Origin: Harriotta raleighana
Lineage: Eukaryota
Assembly (NCBI GenBank): GCA_050575255.1
Contig: JBNZDD010013727.1
Location: 9,579,081-9,643,080, forward strand
Reading direction: 5' to 3'
DNA length: 64,000 nt
Shown here: in pieces, positions 38,371 to 52,159 of the stretch
Numbering within the stretch: position 1 is the first letter of the stretch
Layout of the letters: each line of letters begins with the position of its first letter
Translations under genes and position numbers: made by a program
Notes under the pieces: model-generated
Database searches by the model: none
Told to the model about the DNA's origin: nothing
Seen by the model: the letters and a program-made list of their open reading frames with translations, nothing else

Positions 38371-39225
38371 GGAGCTCCTGTAACTCAGAGGTTAGAGCAC
38401 TCACCTTACAAGCATGAGACACGTGTTCGAATCCAGACAGGTCAGGGCGAAACCTTGGGCAAGTTTCCTTACTCCACATGCCTAATAATAATCCCTCCAG
38501 AAAAACCACAATAATAAAATTGGTCATTTCAATCCATGACTGTTTGTGGGACACTGCTGTGCGCAATTGGCTGCCGCATTCCTCCTACAAATATACAGTC
38601 AATTCACTTTACAGTATATTCTGTGAAGTGCTTTGGGACATCAATAAGATGTGAAAAGCGCTATATCAAATGCAAGGATTATTATTATTATTATATAAGT
38701 TTCCTTATTCCACACGGCTGAGTCCTGTGGAGTTGTGTAGCTCAGTGGTTAGAGCACTTGCCTTACCAGCTGTGTTTTGAATCCAGGCAGGTCAGAGTAA
38801 AACCAGGGTGAAGCAAGTTTCCTTACTCCACATGCCTAACAATAATCCATCCAAAAAAAGCACAATAATAAAATTGGTCATTCCAATCCACGACTGTTTG
38901 TGGGACACTGCTGTGTGCAATTGGCTGCCATGTTCCGCCCGCAAAATACAGTCAATTTGCTTTACAATATATTCTGTGAAGTGCTTTGAGATGTCTAGAA
39001 GACATGAAAAGCGCTATATCAAATGCAAGGATTACTATTATTATAATAATCCCTCAAGAAAAAAACCCAATAATAAATTGGTCATTTTAATCCACGACTG
39101 TGGATCATTTGTACATTTCATACACACATATATAGTCAATTCCCTTTACAGTGTATTCTGTGAAACGTTTTGAGACATCTTGAAGATGTGAAAGGTTCTA
39201 TATCAAATTAAAGGATTATTATTAA
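38371..39225 (+). mobile_element. Head-to-tail cluster of three SINE units (two full, one 5'-truncated)
   Basis: Heads at 38371 and about 38729. The third unit starts at AATAATCCCTC (about 39045), directly out of the second tail. Confidence 0.9.
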
Positions 39226-40489
39226 TAATTATAATAGTTCTTGCATTTTAATCTAGCACATTATGATAAAGTCTCAAAAGTCTCACTTTGCAAGACTGTT
39301 GAGTGTAGTGACTGAAAATGTTGTCAGCAAAAATGTGGAAGCCAATTTGCACATAACGATATCTCGCAAAAAACACAAAGTGTTTCTCCTTTCTCTTTGA
39401 TATGCTGCAAGGAAAATAATACAAATGAATCACTGAATGGGCTACAAACAAATATACAGTATAATATAAAACTTTATGTTCATGTTGGATTCCTCTGAAA
39501 GTTTTATCCAAATCCTTTGCACATTCATCATGAGTATTTAGAACTGTATTTGCATACAACAGGAAAAACTGGTTCAAATTGGCTTGAAGGGGTTACTTAT
39601 TCCTAGGTTACTCCAAAAAAATTGTCATGTGGTAATAAAAAACAAAATTCTTAATGTCACTGATGTCTTATTTTAGTCAGAATTATTTTCAAGTCCCACA
39701 TTAGGATTTTGAGCTCAGGCTGACACTCCAACAGTGGAGATAACAGGGCGCAGGGGCGTAAATCCCCACCCTGGCAGCCTTTACACACCTCATACCTCTC
39801 ACTCTGCCTCTCCCCGCAGTTACTCTCACAAGGTTGCATAAGGCAGCTCGGAGAGCAACGGCAAGAAAGGCAGCATGGGAATATGAGGCTGTGCAGAGAG
39901 CAACAAGAATGTGGCCTATCTCTACCCAACCCCACCCAACACCCACCCCCCACCTTTCTCCCGGTTGCAGTTCCCAGCCCTGCCACTGCACTCCAATGTA
40001 ATGCTGGGCAGCACTGAATTGTTGATCCTTCAGATCAGTCATGGAACCAAGATGCCATCTGCCTATTCAAATGGATGTTAAAGATTCCATGGTATTATTC
40101 AAAAGAGAAGGGAGTTTTCGAGATAAATTTGGGTATTTATTCATGGCTGTTTGCTAGCAAATTGACTGCTGCATTGACCCAGAAATGCAGTGGCTCCTTT
40201 AGAAACAAAAATCCTCCTGTGAAGGCTTTGAGACAATAAGGAGCTATATAAAATGCAAGAACTAATATTCACCATAGCCCAAGGGTATATAAGAACAGGT
40301 TTGGTCAGGAAACAAATAGATATTTGAGATATTCAGCAAAAAAAATCTGATTCATGAACTTTGTACGTGTTAAATACATAACATATTACACATCTGGTTT
40401 TATAATTGAGCCTCTGTGGTTTTACACACCTGCATACAATTCTGCCCCTTTCTCCCTTCGCAGTGCAGGAGGCAGTCAATGTGGCATCC

Positions 40490-41115
40490 TGCAGTATATT
40501 GGTTAGACCACTCGCATCACAAGGGAAAGGACCCAGATTCAAGTTTTGGCAGGTTAAAACTTTAGGCAAGTTCCCTTATTCCACATGTCTCTGCTTACCT
40601 AGCTGTAAGTTGATTGGTAGATCAATACCCTGGGGTAATAATCCTTTCAAAAACTGTATATACAAAAAAAATTTGGTCACTCAATCCACTATTGTTTGTG
40701 GGACACTGCTATGTGCTTTTCCCACAAAATATATAATAAATTCACTTTCCAGTATATTCTGTGAAACGCTTTGAGATGTCTTTAAGACATCCTAAGGCAT
40801 TATATCATGTTCCTGATAGCTTAGGGTCAGATCAGTTGCTTCGTAAGTGAAAGACTTGGGTTTGATTCTAGGCAAGGCGAAACCTTGGGCAAGTTTCCTT
40901 GCTCCACACGCCTGATAATAATCCCTCACAAAAAACAATAATAATTTAGTCACTCAATTCATGACTGTTTGTGAGACACTGGTGTGCACAATTGGCTGCC
41001 ACTCTTCACCCACAAAATATACAATCAATTCACTTGATAGTATATTCTATGAATGCTTTCAAATGCCATGAAGACTTGAAAACCACTATATCAAATGCAA
41101 TGTTTATTATTATTA
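40490..41115 (+). mobile_element. Two tandem diverged SINEs (the first has an extra internal segment)
   Basis: Two successive AACC/TTTGGGCAAGTT...TGTTTGTG.GACACTG...tail units. Confidence 0.8.
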
Positions 41116-41414
41116 GTAGCAGTAGTACTGTATTAGTATTATTATAACCAACTCAACAAAGCAATGGGGTTTGATTGTAGAATTATTACAAGATTATGCT
41201 CATCTTCTGGTTGGAAAGCTGCTGAGTGAGCATATGTGCATGAAAGGATTCCCTATTCCTCCAATATAACAACTGTTTAGCCACATATAGCACTGGAAAC
41301 AACAGAATGCTAGAACAAAGCCTTTATAAATAGATTGCATCTTATTTTGTTAACGAAGATGCAGCAACTTTGGTATTCTAATTTGAAACTAGACATAACT
41401 GCCTCAAATAAAGA

Positions 41415-41950
41415 TCACAGATTACAAGATAGATTGGATGAAGAAGGCCCTTCAGTCCATCTGATCTCAACCTTCTAAAATACCCACTGTCTTCCCATTA
41501 CATCATCACGTTAATTTTTTTTAATGAGTCCAGTGTTATGGCCTATCCATCCTTCCTGGTAATCTATTCCAGTTGTTAATGATCTGGTTAATATAAACTT
41601 TTCTATCTACCCTCTCTTAGCCTTTGTCATATCCCCTCTCTGAGCTTCAAAGAAAAGATGAAGCTCAGTTCATCAAACCTTTCCTTATAACTGCATTTTC
41701 CCATCTGAGCCAACATCCAGGTAAATCTTTGCTGTCTCTGATGCCTTAACATCTTTTCTATATGAGGAGCCCCAAACTTCAGACAGACAGAATTCCAACT
41801 GTGGGCTGACCATCATTTTGTATGGATTCTACATGATTGTATCCTTATATTCTATTCCCCAAGCTATAAATACCTAGGACCCATTGGCTTGCCTACTGAC
41901 CTCGGTGGTAGATTTGCTACCATTCTGTAGCTTCTGCAAATTCACTAACA
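41415..41950 (-). mobile_element. Old CR1-clade LINE 3' fragment
   Basis: GAAGGCCCTTCAGTCCATC 3'-end motif and CCCAAACT...CAGAATTCCAACTGTGG, similar to the CR1 at 62563-64000. Confidence 0.55.
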
Positions 41951-42397
41951 TTTATGGCTGTGCAGTTAAATTAGCATTTTTGCCATTATAAGTTCACACT
42001 GCCATGTTTCCTGAACACGGGAGAATAATACTCACTTAATGGCAAGGTCTGCATGTTTAAGATTGTACTGTATAACCTTCAAAAGCATCCATTGTCTTAC
42101 ACTGTTAGAAATCATAATCACGCTGAGTAATAGCTGTCTGACTTTCCATGTACAGCACATCATTCTGGGTGGTGACCTCAGTTCTCAGAAATCTGTGCCC
42201 TACTTATATCAGATAAGTCCCATAAGAGGCTCTCCTGTAATCCCCAAATTTGGGATAAAGCAACAAATGCAATGATTTTACTAAAGATTGATCAATTTAC
42301 TGACAGTTAGAAAATAATTATAATAACTTGCTTCATATAGTGCATTCATGGAAGATAAACATCTTTAATGCTTTAACCAAAAAAATTACATTGACCG

Positions 42398-42800
42398 GTG
42401 TCAGCCTGATGCAGTTGGATTCTTGTCTCTGGTTCATAAAGTTCTGAGTTTAAGCCCCATACGACTTTGAGCTCAAAGTCCAAACTGACAGTCCAAATGC
42501 AATGCTATAGGGATGCTGGTATTGTCGGATGAGACGTTAAACCAAAGTCCCATCTACCTACTCAGGTGGTTCTTAAAGATCTCATAGCACTCTTCAAAAA
42601 AAAAAGTCAATTTCTCCTGGTTATGTTAGCCAACAATCCTCCAATCAAAATGGTCATTCACTTCACGGTTTTCTAAAAGAGAATGCTATGCACAAAAGGG
42701 GTTCCTGTATTCACTTACAAAATGAGTCATTACATTTGCAGAAATGTGGTGAAGCATTTTGCGACATGTTAGACACTATATCAAGCGCAAGGATTATTAG
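42398..42800 (+). mobile_element. Long (older) Deu-domain SINE
   Basis: GTCAGCC head, CGGATGAGACGTTAAACCAAAGTCCCATCT, AAAGATCTCATAGCACT and tail ACTATATCAAGCGCAAGGATTATT. Related decayed copies lie at about 5080-5345, 8430-8790, 19550-19830, 23715-23960, 25340-25580, 40010-40260, 44605-44890 and 50760-51175. Confidence 0.7.
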
Positions 42801-45150
42801 TGTTACATAAAGTGTAGTCTGGGAACATACAAGAAATTGGTTCTAAACTAATGTTATTTTAAAACTCTATGCCAATGTGAATTGTATAAATTTTATACAA
42901 GAAAAAGGCCACCAAGTCCTTCTCAAGTCCTTGTAAAATGCACTTTATTTAATCTCTTTGAGAAGAATGTCTGTAAGGTTAAAACATTGCACTTGGGTTA
43001 TTTGACATTCCCATGGTCTATCAGCATTTGTATAAGAATTTGTTGAACTTCATGGAATATTTAATCATTCCTGATTATACTGATCCCTATTAATAGCAAC
43101 AATTCTTATTTTAATTCTGCTCCTTCAAGGATGATGGTGGACAGAAACAAAATTTTGAGGAATACTGGTATGAAGGTTAGAGAGATTCTAATTCTAGGTG
43201 GCTGAAGATAATGCAGATTAATCTATAGTCTATAATTGTTCTAACAACTTTATATTTCAATATTGCAATGCCCTACTTATATTAGATAAGTCCCGTAAAC
43301 AGGCTCTCCTGTAATCCGCAAATTTGGGATAAGGATTCTTGCTCCCCCCCGCCTCCCACTGAGAGATAGGGTGGTTAGAGCCCTTAATAGAATACAATTT
43401 ATTTCGTGCGGGTTTGTGAAAGGAATGGATTTCATAAGTGAATAATCTTTTCTCACATTCCACGCTTTTTTTTTGTTCTACAGTATATAACTGGAGATTA
43501 AAGAAATCGATCAAACCTGTAAACATGTCAAACCCAATTCCTCCAATTGCTTGATGATGAATGTGGTTTAGAAGCAGTTGTTGTATTTGGAGATCAGCTT
43601 TGAAACATATATTGCTTGATCCAAAAACAGATCAGCAAACAGGTGAAGGCTTGGTGAAATAGTTAAGTTGCTGTTCATTGTGCTAATTTTATTCCAACTA
43701 TTTATTGGATTCTATAGCATATTTATTGTCTCTGTGATGAATGTATAGTCACTGCACTATACAGTATATCCTGTGAGACACTTCTCGATGAAATGATCAA
43801 ATGCAAGCATTATCATTAGTATTATTACAATGATGATACTCTTTAAAAATAATAATTGAAGGTAGAAATGAAAAAGCAAGAGCATTGTTATATTTTTTAA
43901 AATCAATTAGTTTGCGCAACTAAAGTGCCTTAAATGGTTTGGGAAATTCAGTTTCTGATGCCGCTCTTTTTTAAAATAAGACAATTCTGTGCTCTGTGCC
44001 TATCNTGCGCAACTAAAGTGCCTTAAATGGTTTGGGAAATTCAGTTTCTGATGCCGCTCTTTTTTAAAATAAGACAATTCTGTGTTCTGTGCCTATCAAA
44101 TAAATGTTTGTCATTCAAAATTCCATTAAAAGAAACTGAAAAAAAATGAAAAAAATCATAGAAGAACTAAAACTTTCTATCTAACTCCTACAAAATGGTT
44201 TCAGGATGAATGATTTACCTCCTTAGATCTTGTTTCTTCATTCAGTAAGGCATACCATGACATGTGAGTGGGTGTAGCTGCCCATTTTTTTTTTAAAAAG
44301 GGCAAAGTCTACAAGTCTGAACACAAACTGTCATTGGAGTAGTTGACTCGCTGCAGTTTGTTGCTGACAAAAGCTTCAATGACAAAAGATGAATGCCATT
44401 TTTTTCCTCACTCTTTCTATCACTGTAAGTGCTCTCCAAAAAGCTCTTAGCTTTCACCTGTATTACTTGGCACAGAGGCTTTGAATGTTACGATGATCAG
44501 AGATTATTAAAACTAGACCAACCACAGAAATGCTAGAAATTCAAGGAGGTCATTTAATATCTAAAAGTGAAAACGTGCCTAAACATTTTGGGCATGACCT
44601 TCAGTGTCATCTTGGCTGAGTTTATAGCATTCTTGTCTCAAAAGGTTATATGTTCAATCCCCATATTTGAGTTCAGGCTTGACATTCTAGTGCAGTAAAG
44701 TAATGCCGCATTGTCAGAGCTAGGCTTTCCAGTCTATGGGCCAGTTGGTCTGTTCAGGTGGACATTATAGTTTCCAGGACAAGATATGGGAGTTGATAAT
44801 CCTTCAAATGAATTAGTCGTTCACCTGCTGACTATTTGTGGGACATGCTGTATGCAAATTGGCTGCCATGTTTGTTTTAAACTTTACAAATAGACTTGAT
44901 TGCTTTAGAGTATTGAAGGCTACTGAAGAAAAAGATGACATTGATCCAGAAGTTTGCATTGGGCTTAGTTGGAGAATGTAGGAGTCAAAGTATGAATAGG
45001 TAAGACTGAGGGAGGAAGTGCGTTGACACAGCAAGCTATTGAAAAGTCAAGTACTGAATATGTTTAAGGGCCAAGCATTTAGCAAAGAACTTCTACCAAT
45101 GTTCTGGTATCAACAGTATAGAGAAGAACACAATGGAAGTGCTGAACATT

Positions 45151-45472
45151 GGAGCTCCTGTAACTCAGAGGTTAGAGCACTCACCTTACAAGCATGAGAC
45201 ACGTGTTCGAATCCAGACAGGTCAGGGCGAAACCTTGGGCAAGTTTCCTTACTCCACATGCCTAATAATAATCCCTCCAAAGAAAGTCACAATAATAAAA
45301 TTGGTCATTTTCAATCCACAACTGTTTGTGGGACACTGCTGTGCCCAATTGGCTGCCTCGTTTTTCCCACAAATATATAGTCAATTCATTTTACAGTATA
45401 TTCTGTGAAGCACTTTGAGACATTGATAAAATGTGAAAAGTGCTATATCAAATGCAAGGATTCTTCTTATTA
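45151..45472 (+). mobile_element. tRNA-headed Deu-domain SINE, full length
   Basis: Family head, core and tail. Confidence 0.9.
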
Positions 45473-46419
45473 TATACAGTACATTGAGATTGGAATGCAT
45501 TTTAAAAGAACAACTGATGAGCAATAGTATAAGTGTTATCTTCTATCTAGTTTTACTTTGTTTATGTTTTCTAATTTACAGGTGAGCTGTTGTGTATTTC
45601 TAAAATCCATGTTGTATAGTCATTATAAAAGCAGTGGTTCTCCCATCATCATACAGTATCTGACAGACATTCATCAATGTTTTCTACATATTGTATAAAT
45701 AGATAATAGTGTATCTTTTGTTTTGCTTTCAAACACTGTTTATCAATCACTGTATCAAGTCATTGCAACATTTTTTGTAAGGATCTTATTCAAAATAAAC
45801 ACAGCTTCAATTAACAAATGTGCATAAGAATCCCAGGAAAATATTGACTTCCAGCTGCACTGTGATGAATTCCAGCAACAGCATTTGCACTTACCTGCTG
45901 CCTATGTTCCATCTGAAGAAGCAAGGAAAGCTGGCAGGATTACAGCAACACATTACTTGTTGCTTGTGACTGGGCAGCATTCATAGCAGCTGTCCAAAAG
46001 ACTGCCAAAAAGCCCCATGCCATCACCCTGGCCAACAGAGGAAGCACAGCAATGTCAAACAGGAGCCAGAAACTTGAATAAATGGAAGAAAAGATAACAA
46101 AAAAAAGTGATCTACAGAAACTTTAGAAATAGCCAGATGAATGACAGATGTACTCAGTATTAGAAATCTATCTTACCCACATTAGTAATAAAAATCGCAA
46201 ATATGATAGTACAGAGTATTTGTAAATGTGGTGAATTAATTTTAAAAATGTTGACTGATGTACAATATTGAAAACACTATCATATTGTATAGTATTGGCC
46301 ATTGTGATATGTAGCATAGAGCCCATATATCCATATATTGTAGTATAAACCGAATAAATAATGATGGCATTCTACGTTAGAGTGGAACTCTGATAACTCA
46401 CCCCAGGGATAGGTCATCA

Positions 46420-46656
46420 ATCCCACGTAACTCAACGGGTTGTTCGAATCTGGAATGCATTGTCTGAAAAGGTGGTGGAGGCCGATTCGATAACAGCTTT
46501 AAAAGAGAATTAGATCTTTATTTAGGGAGAATGGGTCTGTTAGGTTATTTGGAGAAAGCTGGGCAATGGGATTGAGTTGCTCTTTTCAAAGAGCCGGCAC
46601 AGACTAGATGGGCCGAATGGCCTCCTTTTGTGCCGTAAAGTTCTACGATTCTATGA
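46420..46656 (+). mobile_element. CR1 LINE 3' end
   Basis: TQRVVRIWNALSEKVVEADSITA-type ORF2 end, then GATGGGCCGAATGGCCTCCT and a TTCTACGATTCTATGA tail. Confidence 0.85.
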
Positions 46657-47584
46657 TAACTAGACACTTTCACAATATCTCAGCTATTCCAATACTTTCG
46701 TACATGTAAGATATTGTACTCTAGCCATTTCTAATTAGTCAACTCTGATAAGTAGTCGCTTGAGTAATTTCCCTTGGGGTGAGTTTTCCTGTATATATTC
46801 ATATTTACAAAAAATTGTCTAGGCTACAAAATGTATTGTATTTGTATTTGTGAAAAAGCTTGGCTGAGAGACAGGCTCTTGTGAACTAATTGATCATTTC
46901 TAGTATTCTGAATTTGAATGTTGTAGAAATCTAAAATCTACATATTTAAGACTTCAGATTTATATCTTATTAAATCCTTGTTATAAAACTATAAAAACAA
47001 AACTCCTGCAGAATTAACGTTTATTAGCGAAAGAGCAAACACAAGACCAACACCTTTCTTGTGTTCCAAATAGTAATTTGTGCTTTATTCCTGCACAATC
47101 ACATGGGATTTGGTAAAATTGATAGGGTAGGTAGGTTGGAGGAGGCCACACTGAATTGATGTGAATTGCTATAAATAATATAAATTAAGTAAATGTAGGT
47201 GCAGAACGTACAAGAGCCCTGTTGAAAAAGCTGCATAAACAAGGGCATAACAAACACCTCTTCCTTTCCCACGTTTCCTGCATTTTAATAACACAGTCAT
47301 AATTCATTTTCTATTATTACTGGAGCAGCATACTTCCTGGGAAGTTAGCACTTTAACAACAACAAAATTACATTTGTATAGCGCCTTTCACGTCAGGAGG
47401 ACGTCCCAAGGCGTTGTCAGGACCTGACTTTTTGTCACATTGGGGCTCATGCATTGAGTTAGCTGCAACCAGTACTACAAAGTAAATCTGGAACTAAATG
47501 AAAGAATACCATTGCAAGAAAAACAAACATGTTTTCATTTGATGAATGTTTCTGAACGTGCTTGATAGGTTGATTTACACTCCC

Positions 47585-47820
47585 AGTTTTTTCTTCTCCC
47601 TCCTAGAGGAATCCAGAACACGAGCACACCATTTAAAAATGAGAGTTAAACAAATTTGGCATGCAACCAGAAAATATCTTTTCACACAACTGTTGTGAAA
47701 TGTTGCATTCACGATTCCCAAAGGATTGCAGATGACAGGTCAATTGAAATAAGCAGTTAGGTGAATGCAATATTTGATAAGCAGCAGCATCAAGGGATGT
47801 GGTGAAAGGGCAGGGTATCA
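47585..47820 (+). mobile_element. Old CR1 LINE fragment
   Basis: Resembles the CR1 ORF2 C-terminus (FFPLLEESRTRAHHLKM...KYLFTQ). Confidence 0.6.
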
Positions 47821-47932
47821 GTCTGGCTCACTTGACAGCTCTCACTGCTGAGTCCGATGGTTATGGACCATGTCACAAGTTTAAGATCACACTCAGTATG
47901 TGCAGCATATTCTGAGGGACTGTCCTACGGAT

Positions 47933-48897
47933 AACAACAACAACACAAAATTACACTTGTATAGCACCTCTCACATCAGAAGGACCAAGGCACTGGACAG
48001 TCATTGTTTCAGACCCGAGCTGGGGACAGGGAGGGTGGAGGGAAAGGGGGGGATTTGGAGTGACCAATGGGACTGTCGAAGAGGAGGATCTTGAGGCGTG
48101 ACTTGAAGGAGGCCAGCGAGCGGGCGAGGCAGAGGGACTGCGGGATGAAGTTCCAGAGGTTGAGGGAAGAGTGGCTAAAGCTCACCCGCCAATGATGGAG
48201 CGGGTGGGTCGGGGGATGTAGAGCAGGCCGGAACCTGCTGAGTGGAGAGGACGGGCAGGTTGGTAGGGAGTTAGGAAATTGCGGATGTAGGGTGGGCTGT
48301 GGAGGGCTTTGAATGTGAGGAACAGGATTTTGAATTGGATGCTCTGGATGATGGGAAGCCAATGGATTCAGGCAAGGATGGGAGAGATGGGGTCATGAAG
48401 CTTGGAGCGATGGAGGACATGGTCCGCAGAGTTCTGGATTATCTGTAACCTGTGGAGGGTGGAATTGGTAAGGCCAACAATCAGGACATTTACGTAGTCA
48501 AGCTGGGATGTAATGAAGGCATGAATGAGGGTTTCAGTGGCCTTGGGAATAAGGTAATGGCAGAATAGGGCAATATTGCGGAGGTGAGGAAAGGCAGAAT
48601 GGGTCATGGCTTGGATCTGGGTGAGGAAAGACTGTTGAGAATCGAACAAGACATCTAGGTTCCTGACTGGCTTGGTAAGATCGAGTGAGCAACTATGAAG
48701 GTTGATGCTGCCAGTCCCCCCTATCTTGTTGACATTCAACTGTAGAAAGTTAGCTTTCATCCAGGACATGATATCTGACAGGCAGTCTGTCATTACAGTA
48801 GTAGCCCTGGAGTTCAGGGTAGAGTTGGGTGTCATCTACATAATGTGGAAGTTAACCCCATGTCTGCAGATGATATCACCAAGTGGGAGCATGTAGA
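47933..48897 (-). mobile_element. L2 LINE 3' ~1 kb (degenerate RT C-terminus, 3'UTR and tail)
   Basis: DCLSDIMSWMKANFLQLN, VRNLDVLFDS, HLRNIA, ETLIHAFITSQLDY and LQIIQNSA, with frameshifts and stops and a (TTG)n tail. Confidence 0.92.
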
Positions 48898-49006
48898 TAA
48901 GACGTTAAACTGAGAGAGCTTCTGACTGTGGACTTGACGACTCCATGGACTATTCAAAAACAGAAGGGAGTTTCTCCAAATGTTTGGTTGACATAGGACT
49001 CCCGAT

Positions 49007-49330
49007 GGAGTCCTGTAGTTCAGCAGTTAGAGCACTTGCCTTCCAAGCGGAAGATCTGGATTCAATTCCAGGCAGGGAGAAACCTTGAGCATGTTTCTTT
49101 ACTCGACACACCTAATAATAACCCCTTAAAAAAAAGCAATAATAAATAGGTTATTTCAATCCACAACTGTTTGTGGGACACTGCTATGTGCAATTGGCTG
49201 CTGCGTTTCACCCACATATATACTGTACAGTCAATTCACATTACAGTATATTCTGTGAAGCGCTTTTGAGAGGTCTAGGAGCCGTGAAAAGCACCAAGTC
49301 AAATGCCAGGATTATTATTATTATTATTAT
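49007..49330 (+). mobile_element. tRNA-headed Deu-domain SINE, full length
   Basis: Family head, core and (ATT)n tail. Confidence 0.88.
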
Positions 49331-49899
49331 CTACAGGATAAAATTAGTCATCCACATTATGCCTGATTGTGGGAAGTTGCTTTGAACAAATTGGCTGCTG
49401 CAGTCACTACACTCTATAGTAGCAAATCCTCCGGAGAGCCCTAGCTTATCTAATTATTGTTCATGGCCTCTACCATTGGGGATTCTCTTCACTTCCACTA
49501 GAACTTGAGCAATGCCTTATTTCATTTTAAATATCTATTTAAGGATTCCAAAAGTAGTTCTACTAATTTATTTTGGTATAACATCCTGAATCACTTTAAG
49601 TTCATATACATTATATGACATACATACAAAACATTTGGCAAACGTGTGCTTATGATTCTATTTTTGAAGAGTGCCCCAATTTTTAATTTCCTTCAAATTA
49701 GCAGTTGAATACTTGTGGGCATGGAACTGTGAATGCGTTTGTATATGGAACCATCTGACCATCTTTTAATTTGTGAGTATGAATGATTAAGTGTTGGGCC
49801 CATGACTGTACAATCGATAAGGTCATGTAGGTAAAGGAGAGCGTGGTCTCAATCACATAGAATTCAAACAAGATTTTTTGATAAGAACTTTGATTTACA

Positions 49900-50130
49900 A
49901 ATGGTGAATTGACTATATATTTGTGGGTGAAACACAGCAGCTAATTGTACACAAAGGTATTCCCACAAAAGGTCATGGATTTAAATGACCATTTTGTTTT
50001 CTTTTTCTTGAGGGATTATTAACAGGTGTGTGGAGTAAGGAAACTTGCCCAAGGTTTTGCTCTACCTGGAATCGAATCCAGGTCGCTCACTTGTGTGGTG
50101 AGTGCTCTAACCACTGAGCTACAGGACTCC
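49900..50130 (-). mobile_element. tRNA-headed Deu-domain SINE lacking its 3' tail
   Basis: GGAGTCCTGTAGCTCAGTGGTTAGAGCAC head and core on the minus strand. Confidence 0.85.
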
Positions 50131-52159
50131 AATTGGTACCCAAATGAAGATCAATCAATCACTCAAAATTACATTTATTTGGTGCCTTTCACATCAGGAG
50201 GATGTTCCAAGGCGCTATATAAATCCAGATTATATAGAAGGGATTATCCACTATTTACAAATTATTTGGCTATTATTGCAAATTAGACTCTATTCAGAGT
50301 TAAGAGGCAAATTAACAGTCAGTCATCTTATCTCAACTAAACCCTACCTTCATAGAATATGACACATACTTGCCAGCACGGTGATTGGGAAGTACTCAGG
50401 AGATAAAGGCATTTGTGAAGGTATTCCTCTTAGATACTGAGACCAATTGTAGCTTCATCCACAACTACTGCAATTGAGATCAGTAAACTTAGCAGTTTGT
50501 GAGAATCAAATGCTGGAAGGATCTTCTTCATCTTTATGGTGCTGAATTATTAGAATGCTGTCAACTAGGAGCCATATATTAAAATTGTTAATGACGCTTT
50601 TGATGGATTAATTGTCTGTCAAGTTATACCTTTGGTATGTTAACATAAATACCTCAATCTTTCTAAATATTGAGGGGGATGTAAATGAGCTAGCACCAAG
50701 CAAAATCCCACCCACAGTCCATCATAAGCATATTCAAAATCTGTTCACTGTGAGCTCGCTTCAATTGGTAGCATTCTCTCCTTTGGATCAGAGGTGTGTG
50801 CGCTGAAGCTTGGAACAAGCTTTATGTCTGCACTCAAGCTCATAATCCATGGAGGTTTCTGTAGTGAAGAGTTAGATAGTCTAGCGAGAATTAGTGTTGT
50901 AAATCTGAACATGACAAATGTATGGATTAGGTGTCATCCATATACATGTGTAAATTAACCCCATGCTGGGGTTGACATCTTGAGAGGTATATAGATCTTG
51001 AAAACAAATGAGAATTTCTCTGGATATCTTGGCTAATAATCTTCCAGGAAAAATTGATCATTACCTGATGGTTGTTTGTGAGATCTTGCTGATGCAAATA
51101 GTTGCTGCATTGACTAGAAAAACTGTACTATTGGAGACATTTTGAGCTTTGCAGCACTATAAAAATGCAAGTTCTTTCTTGGAGGACAAAAGGCAAAGCA
51201 ATAACAAAATACTGTACAACAAATAATTAATTTTGTGCATGGAAGGATTGTCCACATTATGTTCAAATAACTCAGGCAGTGGCATCGGGTTCAACTTATC
51301 ATTTTAAACAAAAATACCAAGCATCTGCACATGATGACTAGCAGCTTGAGGGAACAAATTGAAAATTGCTAGACAAGTCTATTATCTACTACACTAATCT
51401 GGGAATAAACTGGAGAAATAAGGAAAAAAGAACTCGTCTGCCCCTGCTTTGAATTGAATGCTTTCCTTATGTCACCAAGAATAAACAGAGATTGCTCATG
51501 TGGTTTAATTCAATAGCCGGGCACCGTCACTTGTATCAACTTTACAGTTGTTGAATAAACTGTGGCTGTTATATGGCATCCTTTCTGATAAACATCATAA
51601 TTGTGGTGGTTAAAGAAGCCATTTACAGTCAACCGTGGATTCTACTGCACGATAATGTCTCATTGCAAATTTTAGATTGACGTTATGGAGCATTGCTTCC
51701 AAATACTGTATGCCTGCAGCACAATCTTTTATATTAAGAATAACTGTTGCATTTGATTTTGCATCCTTCATATTGGGAGGTCATCTCAAACTGCTTCAAA
51801 GGCTTTATACTATACAGTATATCTAAGGATTTTTGTAGTTTGTAAGTGAATGCATCAGGCAATTTGCGCACAACAATGCTTCATGAACATCCTGGAATTT
51901 ATGTTCGACCAATTTTGAGACAGATTTTCAAAGGGAGGAGTTTTATCTTATCTGGGACTGAATGAAGATATAATGTAATGCATCTTTCTACAAAATGGAC
52001 TGAATGTATGGGACAAATGCTCTAAATTGTCTCCATTTTTGGTCTTCTATTCCCTAGATATTTGTTTGCTATAATATCTTATCTCAATTTGCTATTTTAT
52101 AAAGAATGCAAAGTCTAATTATGAAGGTAAACAGTTGCTTTTTGAGAGTTAATTTTGAT

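Noticed and set aside
38330-39173. Recurrent ORFs containing ETLGKFPYSTCL, CLWDTAV.NWL or KRYIKCKDYYYY across the window
   Set aside because: These are translations of the same SINE in different frames, not a gene family.
38099-45279. About 400-bp identical duplicate (38099-38499 and 44879-45279) with twin ORFs MLCQRTSS...
   Set aside because: One copy starts at a gap edge, and the identity ends inside a SINE. It is most simply a mis-joined contig end.
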